A stretch of 45,740 nucleotides of DNA from an uncultured Candidatus Saccharimonadales bacterium. Lineage in GTDB: Bacteria; Patescibacteriota; Saccharimonadia; UBA4664. Where the stretch lies: contig CAZSRA010000007.1 in NCBI GenBank assembly GCA_964609585.1, positions 1 through 45,740 on the forward strand, read 5' to 3'. Within the stretch, counting starts at the first letter, position 1. Every line of letters begins with the position of its first letter. Under the pieces are notes generated by a model, which was not told where the DNA came from, searched no databases, and saw nothing but the letters and a program-made list of their open reading frames with translations. The translations under genes and the position numbers were made by a program. Below are positions 1-8,749 of the stretch, piece by piece.

Positions 1-1533
1 TTGCGCAAAGGCGTGGCCAAGAAAAAGCCCGAAGTGCTTGCCAAAATGAAAAAAGACTTCCTGGAAGGAGCCATCACTAAGTCCGGTGCCGACCCTGCGC
101 TCATGGAAGAATTCTGGACCCAGCTCGAAGCCTTTGCCGCCTATTGTTTTCCCAAGGCTCACGCTGCCTGCTACGCCCTCATCGCCTACCAAACCGCCTA
201 CCTCAAAGCTCATTATCCCGCCGCCTTCATGGCGGCCCTGCTCACCAGTGACTATGGCAACATCGACCGCATCGGCATCGAAGTGGCCGAATGTCAGCGC
301 ATGGGCGTCAAAGTGCTGCCGCCCGATGTGAACGAGTCCTTCCACGAATTCGCCGTCGTCAAAGAATCCGGCAACATCCGCTTCGGCCTGTCCGCCATTA
401 AAAATGTGGGAGGCGGTGCCATCGAGGCCGTTATCAAAGCCCGCGAAACCGGCGGTCCCTTTACTACAATCGAAGATTTCGCCAAGCGCGTCAACGCCCG
501 CGAGTGCAATAAAAAGGCCTGGGAATCATTTGCCAAAACCGGCGCGTTTGACGGCATCATTGGCGGCAATCGCGCCGAGCTCCTGTTTAATCTCGACACC
601 ATCACCTCCTACGCTTCCAAGGCGCAAAAAAATGCGCTCTCTGGTCAAATCGACATCTTCGGCTCGCTCGGTGCCGAAGACAGTGCCCCAGCATTGCGTC
701 TCGACCCGCCACCGCAGGTTGCGAGTCCCCGCGACCAATTGGCCTGGGAAAAAGACCTCCTCGGTCTCTATATCTCAAGCCACCCACTCGACGAATACGA
801 AGCCTACCTGGCCGACACCTGCCAACCCATCAGCCTCATCACCCCTGAAACCGATGGTAAACTCGTTCGTCTCGGTGGCCTCGTGACTACCGTGCGCAAA
901 ATTACTACCAAAAATGGTGGCCTTATGGCGTTCGTCGGCGTTGAAGACAAAACTGGCTTCACCGAACTCATTATTTTTCCCAAAGCCTTCGAAAAATCCC
1001 CAGAAGTTTTTGAGGTCGACAACATCATCATGGCTACTGGCAAAATCTCCGCCAAAGACCGTGAAGGCCGCCTTACCGGTGAACCCAAAATGCTCGTCGA
1101 CAGCGCCAAAGTCATTAGCTACGATACGGTAAAGGCTTATAAACCTTCTCCCGGCGCCAAGCCTCCTCCCATGACCGTAGCTCCCACGCCAGCCTGGCAA
1201 ACCAAAAAAGCCCAACCAGCTCCGTCCACGGCGCGACCACAAAAAGTCGCACCAGCGCCCGAACCCGCCATCCCAGCTACAGCCGAAGCCGCTCCTGTCG
1301 CCTCCTCCACTCACCTGGTTCTGCAACTGATCGACCTCTCCGATCAACAAATGCTCCATGCCATCAAAGATGTCCTTGGCGCGCATACCGGTGCCGTCGA
1401 CACTTACATCCTCGTCGGCCAGGATGCCCCTAAAAAAATCCGCCTGCCCTTCAAGGTGGAGATTTCAGATGAGCTGATATCTCAGCTGGGGGCAGTCGTG
1501 GGCGAGACACATGTCACCCACGCTTCTGCTTAA
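1..1533 (+). CDS. dnaE: DNA polymerase III alpha subunit, C-terminal part (gene starts before the window)
   Basis: FAAYCFPKAHAACY, YLKAHYPAAFMAALL, IRFGLSAIKNVG, WEKDLLGLYISSHPL, OB-fold, Pro/Ala-rich linker before the C-terminal domain. Confidence 0.96.
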   Translation: MRKGVAKKKPEVLAKMKKDFLEGAITKSGADPALMEEFWTQLEAFAAYCFPKAHAACYALIAYQTAYLKAHYPAAFMAALLTSDYGNIDRIGIEVAECQRMGVKVLPPDVNESFHEFAVVKESGNIRFGLSAIKNVGGGAIEAVIKARETGGPFTTIEDFAKRVNARECNKKAWESFAKTGAFDGIIGGNRAELLFNLDTITSYASKAQKNALSGQIDIFGSLGAEDSAPALRLDPPPQVASPRDQLAWEKDLLGLYISSHPLDEYEAYLADTCQPISLITPETDGKLVRLGGLVTTVRKITTKNGGLMAFVGVEDKTGFTELIIFPKAFEKSPEVFEVDNIIMATGKISAKDREGRLTGEPKMLVDSAKVISYDTVKAYKPSPGAKPPPMTVAPTPAWQTKKAQPAPSTARPQKVAPAPEPAIPATAEAAPVASSTHLVLQLIDLSDQQMLHAIKDVLGAHTGAVDTYILVGQDAPKKIRLPFKVEISDELISQLGAVVGETHVTHASA

Positions 1534-1699
1534 CCTGAACAAAGAGCGGTACGATGTGGAGGTCGGCCTATATCATCCGGCCACCCAGGTTGATTGGCTA
1601 GCACTTCGGTGGCATCTTTTTCTATGGGATATGTGGTTCTTAGTCTGGGGTATATTGCTTGGAATAGCTACAAGGCAGTTTGCACAGCATACGAAATAG
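1511..1699 (+). pseudogene. Fragment resembling the C-terminus of a small membrane protein (DUF3995-like)
   Basis: VDWLALRWHLFLWDMWFLVWGILLGIAT is a Trp-rich TM segment; no convincing start (ATG lies inside dnaE); family recalled from memory. Confidence 0.35.
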
Positions 1700-1767
1700 A
1701 GGGCGACGCAAAAATGCCGAAGGTACCCCTTGATCACATGTCACAGATATGCTAAAGTACCGGGGTT

Positions 1768-2382
1768 ATGGAACTCACTCAACAGCTCGAAAAGACCTAT
1801 CGCAAGCCCGCACTACCTCAAGTGCAGACCGGCGATACCGTTCGCGTTCACCAGCTCATCAAAGAAGGCGCTAAGCAGCGTATCCAGGTATTTGAGGGTA
1901 TCGTTATTCGAACACACCGCATGAGTGAGCTTACGGCCTGCATTACCGTTCGTCGCATTGCTTCGGGCGTTGGGGTTGAAAAGACCTTCCTGCTTCATTC
2001 ACCCAATGTTTCAAAAGTAGAGATCCTCCGCCGCGCTAAAGTCCGCCGCAAGTTCCTATCTTTCTTGCGTGAACGTCGCGGTAAGTCGGCTCGCCTCAAG
2101 GAAATTAGCTTCGATAAAGTTGCTGCCAACGATGTGATCGCTCCCGAACAGTCTGCGGAACCTGAAGTTATCGACGAAATCGCAAGCGAAGATGCACTCA
2201 ACGATGCTGAGCCTATTTCCGAAGTCGAAAAGAGCGAAAACAAGGCCGCAGCAAACGAAGATGAAGCCACGACCGCATCAGAAGCCGCTGACGCCTCAGA
2301 TACCCAAGTAGCCGAAAATGACGAAGTCCAAATTGGTCTCGACAAGGCCGAGCCTGGCGAAGGCGAAGCTGTCTCCTCGTAA
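1768..2382 (+). CDS. rplS: 50S ribosomal protein L19 with ~90-aa acidic C-terminal extension
   Basis: GDTVRVHQLIKEGAKQRIQVFEGIVI, ITVRRIASGVGVEKTFLLHSP, KVRRKFLSFLRERRGKSARLKE. Confidence 0.97.
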   Translation: MELTQQLEKTYRKPALPQVQTGDTVRVHQLIKEGAKQRIQVFEGIVIRTHRMSELTACITVRRIASGVGVEKTFLLHSPNVSKVEILRRAKVRRKFLSFLRERRGKSARLKEISFDKVAANDVIAPEQSAEPEVIDEIASEDALNDAEPISEVEKSENKAAANEDEATTASEAADASDTQVAENDEVQIGLDKAEPGEGEAVSS

Positions 2383-2388
2383 TCACCC

Positions 2389-3015
2389 GTGAAATTAGTT
2401 ACCATTCGTAAAAACGACCCCAAGCCCGGGGTCGTTTTGCCTTCCATTGCTCCCGGCGAAGTGGTGGTCGGCCTCGACGAAGTTGGCCGCGGCGCCTGGG
2501 CTGGCCCGTTGCTTGTGGCCGCAGTCATTCTCGCGAATGGTGCCCCAGAAGGCACCACCGACAGTAAGCAGTTGAGTCCCGCTCGTCGCCAAGAGCTCGC
2601 CCGCCAGATCAAACAGGCTGCGAGCAGCATCGGCCTTGGCTGGGTAAGTGCGCCCGAGCTCGATCACCTTGGCCTCGGGCCCGCTCTCAAATTAGCCGCT
2701 CGCAAGGCTGTAGCGGCCCTCACTTGTCCGTACGATCTCATCATTATCGACGGCACCATCAATTTTTTGCCCGGTCATCGCGTAGAGACGCTTGCTAAGG
2801 CCGATTTTCTCATTCCCGCTGTTGCTGCAGCTTCCATCGTGGCCAAGGTTGCCAGGGATAGTTACATGCACCAGCTCCACAAGCTCGACCCGCGTTACGG
2901 CTTTGACCAACATGTGGGCTATGGCACGCCCGGCCACATCAGCCAGTTGGCCCTGCATGGCCCGAGCCTGCACCATCGCTATAGCTTTAAACCTATTCGA
3001 GAGCTTGCCTCGTGA
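2389..3015 (+). CDS. rnhB: Ribonuclease HII
   Basis: GLDEVGRGAWAGP, TDSKQL, IIIDG, VAAASIVAKVARD, HVGYGT; usual rplS-rnhB-yraN order. Confidence 0.95.
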   Translation: MKLVTIRKNDPKPGVVLPSIAPGEVVVGLDEVGRGAWAGPLLVAAVILANGAPEGTTDSKQLSPARRQELARQIKQAASSIGLGWVSAPELDHLGLGPALKLAARKAVAALTCPYDLIIIDGTINFLPGHRVETLAKADFLIPAVAAASIVAKVARDSYMHQLHKLDPRYGFDQHVGYGTPGHISQLALHGPSLHHRYSFKPIRELAS

Positions 3016-3365
3016 CGACTGTTGAAATCGGCCGCGCCGCCGAACAGCAGGCAGCAGACTATCTCGCAAACCATGGGTTCAACGTTGTGGGCCGCAATTG
3101 GCGCAATCGCTGGTGTGAGCTCGATATCATTGCCGCGCGCGGCCAGCAGCTACATTTCATTGAGGTGAAATACCGCCGCTCCACGCACTATGGCTATGCC
3201 GCGGAGTACATCTCGCGCGACAAAACTAATCGACTCACCCGTGCAGCCCTCGCCTGGAATCAAGCTCATCACTACGTGGGACCCTACCAGATTGATGTCA
3301 TAACCGTGGAGGGTGCCGCCGCAAACCCCCATATTTCCCATCTTGAAAACGTCATTTCCGCTTAA
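3012..3365 (+). CDS. yraN: YraN/UPF0102 family putative endonuclease
   Basis: GRAAEQQAADYL, NWRNRWCELDIIA, FIEVKYR; GTGA overlap with rnhB. Confidence 0.92.
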   Translation: MTTVEIGRAAEQQAADYLANHGFNVVGRNWRNRWCELDIIAARGQQLHFIEVKYRRSTHYGYAAEYISRDKTNRLTRAALAWNQAHHYVGPYQIDVITVEGAAANPHISHLENVISA

Positions 3366-3392
3366 AAGAACGCGGGCGCTTGCCGACCCTTA

Positions 3393-5942
3393 CTACCTCC
3401 GCTCAGCCAAAAACGCCTCAATCTCAGCCCGGTCGCGCTCGTACCAGTCGGCCTTTAGCTCCACACTTTCAACAGCCTGTGCCGCTGGTCGTTTAGTGCC
3501 GGGATGGGGGTGGCTTTCAAAAAACGTTTTAATCTCCATCGCCATCGTGTGAGTTGCAAAACCCATACCCGCGTAAGCCGGGAAGCGCTCAAGCATGTGC
3601 CCCCCTTCGCCGTACCGGTCCAAAAATAGTTGCCAATGCTCCTTTACAAACGTCCACGTCATCTCGCGCGCCTCGCGACTTCGAAAGCCTGATGCAACCA
3701 CCATAAAGATGTCTTGGGGCCGCACATCGGGCGAAATCCCTAGATCCAAAAACCGTTGGATGAGCTCTGGTTTGCGGAATCTGCCCAGAGCCGCCAGTAA
3801 GCTCATTTTTGCCTGCGGCGTTTCTTCTGCGCGGTAATGCTTCAAAATTTCTTCAAATTCTCGCTCGCCACCGTCCCGAGCAACCGCAAACAATATTGCC
3901 CCCCTCAAATCCGGGTTAAGTTCTTCGCCGAGCAAATAGCCCTCAAATCGCCGCTTTGCCTCAGCCGTCGCTTCCTTGTCTCCAAAGAGCACGGCCTGCA
4001 TCAAGACCACCGGCCTCATTAACGTATCAAATGGTGATTCACTAGCCTTCGGCTCCCAGCCTAGCCGGTCTAGGTTTGGCTTCACCAGCCAATCACCAAA
4101 CCGATCGAGCTCGTCGCGCAGCGGAGCATCCTCAATAATCGCTCGCACCTCAGCCAGTCCGTCGCTAACGGCGCACCACACTACATAGTCGGGTTCTTCG
4201 CGTAGTGAGGCGAGCAACGCGAGTCCCGCCGCCGAGCCCGTGCGTCCCGCTGCGATGTTCGCCCATACATCGCTCACAATCCCGAACCGGTCTCTCACGC
4301 CTAGCTGCTTGTCCTGCAAGGGGCCGCCGAGTGCCTGAATCATGGGTTGCGTATAGAGGGTCCGGAAAAAAGCCGTCTGGCCTGGGTTCGGCTTAAACCA
4401 CGCCGAAGCCATCACTTCCGGATCCACCTCGGTCGGTTCACGAATCAGTTGTGGTGCAGTTTCGACGCTGTCCGGAAGTGCCATTGAAAGGGGAAGCGGC
4501 CACAACTCACTTGCCTTACTGGCTTTTTTAGCCTCTCTGGGCGAGCTATAAAACCGCGCCTGCTTCACAAGTCCATCTTCAAACGACACCAGCGGATAGC
4601 CCGGCTGACCCGTCCAGGCCGACATTACTGCGTCCACCGGCTTGCCCGACACCTCAGCCAGCGCCGTCCATAAATCGTGAGTCACCGTATTGCCGTATTG
4701 GTGCCGCATCAAATACGTGTGCAAGCCTTTACGAAAATCCTCGGCTCCCACATATTGGTGGATCATATTAATAATACTTGCCCCCTTATAATATGAAATC
4801 GCATCAAAGATCTCATCCAAAGACCGCGGGTCGTCCACAGGTACCTGAATCGGATGCGTATTCGCCAGGCCGTCCAAATCCATGGCGTAAGCAAGCGTGC
4901 TACTAGCAAACTCGTCCCAAGCTCCCCACTGCGGAAACAGCTTGTCCATAGCCAAAACTTCTACCCACGTCGCAAATCCTTCATTGAGCCACAGATCTTC
5001 CCACCAGCTGAGCGTTACCAAGTTGCCAAACCATTGATGAGCTAGCTCATGGGCCACCACTTGCACAATGCGCTGTTTATTGGCCAGCGACGTTTTGAAT
5101 TCATCCAGCAACAAATCGGTTTCGCGGTACGTCACCATACCCCAGTTCTCCATTGCCCCCGCCCCAAAATCCGGAATAGCCACCATATCCAACTTCGGCA
5201 AAGGGTAATGAATCCCAAAATAATCATTATAAAAAACCAAAACTTGTACGGCCGTTTCGAGGGCAAAGTTTAGCTGGCCCGCCTTGCCGGGTGTGGCGTA
5301 AGCTCGTACGGTTGTGCCGTCGGTGGTTACGTTCTCCACATATTCAAACTCACCAGCCGCAAACGCGAGCAAATACGTGCTCATTTTCGGCGTTGGGCCA
5401 AACTGTACGGCTTTTCGACCGCCATCTACCGGCACCTCGCTCACTACCTGCGCATTCGATATGGCCGTTAAGCTTTCCGGAATTTGCAGCGTTACTTCAA
5501 AAATAGCCTTAGCTGAAGGCTCGTCGATGCAAATAATTGCCTCGCGCGCATGCACCGCTTCAAACTGAGTCGTCACCAGCCACTTTTCCTGGCCTTCATG
5601 GGTATAGCTACTGCGGTAAAATCCATGCAGTGAGTCTTGGACCTCCCCAGAGTAATCCAAATCCAAAGTGTGCTTACCGGCCGGGATTTCGTCTTCAAAG
5701 CTAAACGTTACGGTCTCGGCTTCTTTGCTAAGCACAATCGTGGCGGCCTTCAGGCGGTCGTCAAGCTTAGCCTTCGCTACCTTCAAGTCCTTGGCATGCA
5801 GCGTCAGCTCACGGCTCGGCTTTGCCAGCACGAACACTATCTCTTCCAGGCAGCGGAACGAAAATTTCTCCACGTCCACATCAAGATTCAATCGGTAATT
5901 TTCCGGAACAATGCGTTCGAGCAGTCGAGCCACTTTTGCCAT
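3393..5942 (-). CDS. pepN: M1 family zinc aminopeptidase (PepN / ERAP1-like C-terminus)
   Basis: TQFEAVHAR, GAMENWG, HELAHQWFGNLVT...WLNEGFA (HEXXH+E), ISYYKGAS. Confidence 0.96.
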   Translation of the reverse strand: MAKVARLLERIVPENYRLNLDVDVEKFSFRCLEEIVFVLAKPSRELTLHAKDLKVAKAKLDDRLKAATIVLSKEAETVTFSFEDEIPAGKHTLDLDYSGEVQDSLHGFYRSSYTHEGQEKWLVTTQFEAVHAREAIICIDEPSAKAIFEVTLQIPESLTAISNAQVVSEVPVDGGRKAVQFGPTPKMSTYLLAFAAGEFEYVENVTTDGTTVRAYATPGKAGQLNFALETAVQVLVFYNDYFGIHYPLPKLDMVAIPDFGAGAMENWGMVTYRETDLLLDEFKTSLANKQRIVQVVAHELAHQWFGNLVTLSWWEDLWLNEGFATWVEVLAMDKLFPQWGAWDEFASSTLAYAMDLDGLANTHPIQVPVDDPRSLDEIFDAISYYKGASIINMIHQYVGAEDFRKGLHTYLMRHQYGNTVTHDLWTALAEVSGKPVDAVMSAWTGQPGYPLVSFEDGLVKQARFYSSPREAKKASKASELWPLPLSMALPDSVETAPQLIREPTEVDPEVMASAWFKPNPGQTAFFRTLYTQPMIQALGGPLQDKQLGVRDRFGIVSDVWANIAAGRTGSAAGLALLASLREEPDYVVWCAVSDGLAEVRAIIEDAPLRDELDRFGDWLVKPNLDRLGWEPKASESPFDTLMRPVVLMQAVLFGDKEATAEAKRRFEGYLLGEELNPDLRGAILFAVARDGGEREFEEILKHYRAEETPQAKMSLLAALGRFRKPELIQRFLDLGISPDVRPQDIFMVVASGFRSREAREMTWTFVKEHWQLFLDRYGEGGHMLERFPAYAGMGFATHTMAMEIKTFFESHPHPGTKRPAAQAVESVELKADWYERDRAEIEAFLAERR

Positions 5943-6028
5943 AGGTACAGTCTCGCAATTAGTTTTGTCTAGTATAACGTATTCCCGTGCATTACCCAGG
6001 TGAACCGGAGTTTAATAAGACACAAAAT

Positions 6029-6057
6029 TTGAAGAAAAGCAATTAAAATAATATAAT
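6029..6057 (+). promoter_or_regulatory. Sigma70-type promoter for the orphan gene at 6120
   Basis: TTGAAG-N17-TATAAT; followed by 5' hairpin CACGCGGC-GGAAT-GTCGCGTG and SD AAGGAG. Confidence 0.6.
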
Positions 6058-6119
6058 GTTCAAGCACGCGGCGGAATGTCGCGTGAGAGTCAGACTTCCA
6101 AGTCAAAAGGAGAGAGTAC

Positions 6120-6530
6120 GTGACCTCAAGATCCGGCGTAACATCGACGGCTGGGGAGCCTGAGCTCCCGGCAAGTGTGCCCCTCATCATCCCCGCATGG
6201 TGCCTCGGCGGGCTGAGGGACAAGAGCTTCAGCCGGCGCTACGAAGAGATCGATACTGCCCTGCGCAGGAAGGAGTCGGTCGAGCTCAACCTCACGGCCC
6301 ACATCCCGGGCTGCTACGCGAAGCTCAACTTCAGCTTCGTCGTCACGAGCCAGAGCAGCTCCGTCTCACCCGCAAGCCCAGATCAGGCCGGCTACGAGGA
6401 GCATGTCTTCTCCGGGCAGATGGTAGCCGACGAGCTCTTCGGCTACACCGCGAGGCTCTTCTTCCGGAACGGCGAGCCCGATCGGCTCGAGGTGACGCCG
6501 CCGCGGAAGGCTGCCTCGAACGCCGGCTAG
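6120..6530 (+). CDS. Hypothetical protein (GC-rich orphan)
   Basis: AAAGGAGAGAGTAC before GTG start, strong G/C third-position bias, downstream hairpin; no family recognised. Confidence 0.65.
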   Translation: MTSRSGVTSTAGEPELPASVPLIIPAWCLGGLRDKSFSRRYEEIDTALRRKESVELNLTAHIPGCYAKLNFSFVVTSQSSSVSPASPDQAGYEEHVFSGQMVADELFGYTARLFFRNGEPDRLEVTPPRKAASNAG

Positions 6531-6573
6531 CCCAAGAGCAGCCTCACACCTCGAGACAGGCGGTACCACAACA

Positions 6574-6599
6574 CCGCCGGGCCCATCCGGGCCCGGCGG
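6574..6599. other. Perfect 11-bp GC hairpin downstream of the orphan gene
   Basis: CCGCCGGGCCC-ATCC-GGGCCCGGCGG, no U-tract. Confidence 0.7.
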
Positions 6600-6650
6600 C
6601 ACGCCATTAGTCGAGATCGCAATATTCAAGTTAAAAATAAGTTCTAAAAA

Positions 6651-6689
6651 CGCAAAAACCCCACCGACCACCCCGGTGGGGTTTTTGCG
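6651..6689. terminator. Bidirectional intrinsic terminator
   Basis: CGCAAAAACCCCACCG-N7-CGGTGGGGTTTTTGCG between convergent genes. Confidence 0.85.
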
Positions 6690-6717
6690 CCCTTCGGTGT
6701 AGTCGGTGGGTGAGTTG

Positions 6718-8565
6718 TCAGGCCGTGGTCGGGTGCAGACGCCGGGCGAGGTCCATTACTGCCTTGAGCTGCTGCTCCATGGACGCGATACTCCGGGCCC
6801 AGAGGTCGGGGCCGAGCGGAATGCCGGCCATTCGGCAGATTTCCTCAACGGTGTCCATGCCACCGGCACCGATCATGAAGTGCAGGACCTTCAATGCGGC
6901 TTCGGGATTGGTCCGGTAGATCTCGAGGCCCGCTGTGGCCACCATCCCCGCGAATGCATATGCGGGGTTGTAGAAGCCGTACAGCAGTTGTGGCCAGGCG
7001 ATCCAGTACAGCTCGGCCAGCTCGTCCATCGCCACCGCGTCTCCGAAGTATAGGCGCATATAGCGGACGAACATCTCCGAAATCTGCTCGGCGGTCAACG
7101 GGCCGTTCTGCTCGTAGGTGTCGTAGAGCTCCTGCTCGAGACACACCGCCACGCTCTGCTGGAGTGCGGTAGAGAGCTGCGTTCTCAGCTGAGCCACCAT
7201 GACCGCAAGCTTTGTCTCATCGTCGAGGGCCAGCTTGTCGTCTAGGGTGACCGCCATGAACAGCTGCCCCATCACGGCAGTAGCCTCGGCGGTTGGGACG
7301 CGCGTGTTGTAACTCAGTCCATGGCGAAGGACCGAGACCTCCTCTGCCGCCGCACAATGTATGGTCTCGTGGCTGCGCTGCATGAACGTGCCCCAGTTGG
7401 CACCGCTCGCATCAACGGCCAACACCGACGGCCGGCCGACAGACCAGTAGCACGCGGTTTTCGAGTCTCGACCAACGCGTGATTCCGCGTCAATGCGCCC
7501 ATGCTTCAGCGCTTCGACGACCGTTGCCAGATCCGACCCCATCCTCTCGAAGCCGACTTCAAGGAGCGACGTTGAAAGGTCCCAGGGCATTTGCGAGATC
7601 GTCCCCCAGTCCATCTGTCGCTCACCGTATGGCAGCTGCTCATGTGGCGCGTAGCCTAGCAGACCAGCCATGAGCCGATAGAACGGATGGAAGAGGTCGA
7701 GGCTACCCATTGCTGCATCGAGCATCCCCTGGACGGTCTCGATGCGGATGGCGTCGGCACCATAACGGATCTCGGCCGGCTTGCCACCTCGAGCGCGTGC
7801 TGCAGCCAGTTTGCTCTCGAACGTGGCGTTGAAGACGTCCGTTGCGAGATCCTTGAGTCCACCGAGGATCTGAACGAGCGCCGCCGCTGCGCTTGCTCGG
7901 ACGCCCTTGTCCGAAGAAGTGGCGAGTGAGCGAATGGCACTGAACGGCAGTGTTTGGACGCCATTTTCGGTCAGAACCTCAGCCGTAACCGAGCCCAAAG
8001 CGGTTTGCAACCTTGCCGCCAAGGGCGTGGCGATGTCATCCGCCGCCTGCGCAGCCGCCAGGAGCTCGCGCGTCGGCGTAAAGCTCGGCAGCATAAACTG
8101 CTGCCGAAGCCACGGCCAGAACTCACTCAGGGCAGAGTCGGCCAGTATCTCCGCTCGCACCTCGTCCGGCAGGCTGTTGATGAACTCCAGGAAGAACTTC
8201 GCTCCGTTGCGCTGACGCTGGTCCCATTCAAGAACCGACTTCAAGCCCACCTGAGCCCAGACGTCGTTCAGGTTAGTGGCATTGAGGAGCATCTGCTCAT
8301 ACACCCGGGCACAGCTGGCGAACTGCTCGTCCCCTGTGTCTTCCACGCGGATGAGCTCCTGTAGTGCCTTAAACTCCTCCAGCGCCATCTTGAAGGTCTG
8401 CCGACTCATGTCCGGGCGCAGTTTGCCCAACCAGCGACGGCGGAAAGCTTTGATCTTGTTCTCGATCAGTCGTCGTTCCCGCTTCCTTTGGGCATCACCC
8501 CCAGGATACAGCAGCGACTCGATCTCCCATGGCCCCGGCAGGGCCTTTTCCACGGGCGCACTCAT
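6718..8565 (-). CDS. Divergent M3B oligoendopeptidase F-like protein
   Basis: ~615 aa, HETIH (HEXXH), downstream TAEAT glutamate, W...PQLLYGFYNPAYAF motif; GC-rich. Confidence 0.75.
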   Translation of the reverse strand: MSAPVEKALPGPWEIESLLYPGGDAQRKRERRLIENKIKAFRRRWLGKLRPDMSRQTFKMALEEFKALQELIRVEDTGDEQFASCARVYEQMLLNATNLNDVWAQVGLKSVLEWDQRQRNGAKFFLEFINSLPDEVRAEILADSALSEFWPWLRQQFMLPSFTPTRELLAAAQAADDIATPLAARLQTALGSVTAEVLTENGVQTLPFSAIRSLATSSDKGVRASAAAALVQILGGLKDLATDVFNATFESKLAAARARGGKPAEIRYGADAIRIETVQGMLDAAMGSLDLFHPFYRLMAGLLGYAPHEQLPYGERQMDWGTISQMPWDLSTSLLEVGFERMGSDLATVVEALKHGRIDAESRVGRDSKTACYWSVGRPSVLAVDASGANWGTFMQRSHETIHCAAAEEVSVLRHGLSYNTRVPTAEATAVMGQLFMAVTLDDKLALDDETKLAVMVAQLRTQLSTALQQSVAVCLEQELYDTYEQNGPLTAEQISEMFVRYMRLYFGDAVAMDELAELYWIAWPQLLYGFYNPAYAFAGMVATAGLEIYRTNPEAALKVLHFMIGAGGMDTVEEICRMAGIPLGPDLWARSIASMEQQLKAVMDLARRLHPTTA

Positions 8566-8645
8566 TCAAAGTACCCTTCGATCGGATGCAATCACCATGA
8601 CTGCTATACATTAATAAAACAAAAATCCAACATAGTCAATAATTC

Positions 8646-8708
8646 TTGCAGCAAACGCAATCCTGAGTTACAATACCTACATTCGTCGGCCCCAGCCGGC
8701 CATTTTTT
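8646..8708 (+). promoter_or_regulatory. nusA promoter plus weak leader terminator
   Basis: TTGCAG-N17-TACAAT (8646-8674); hairpin GTCGGC-CCCA-GCCGGC (8685-8700) then CATTTTTT. Confidence 0.55.
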
Positions 8709-8749
8709 CATACAATTAAATAACAACAGAATAATTAGGACCAACTATT

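Noticed and set aside
1729-1746. CRP/FNR box upstream of rplS (TTGAT-N6-TCACA)
   Set aside because: Half-sites fit neither the CRP nor the FNR spacing.
6090-6102. TTGGAAGTC shared with 39869-39877
   Set aside because: A 9-mer match is expected by chance in 45 kb.
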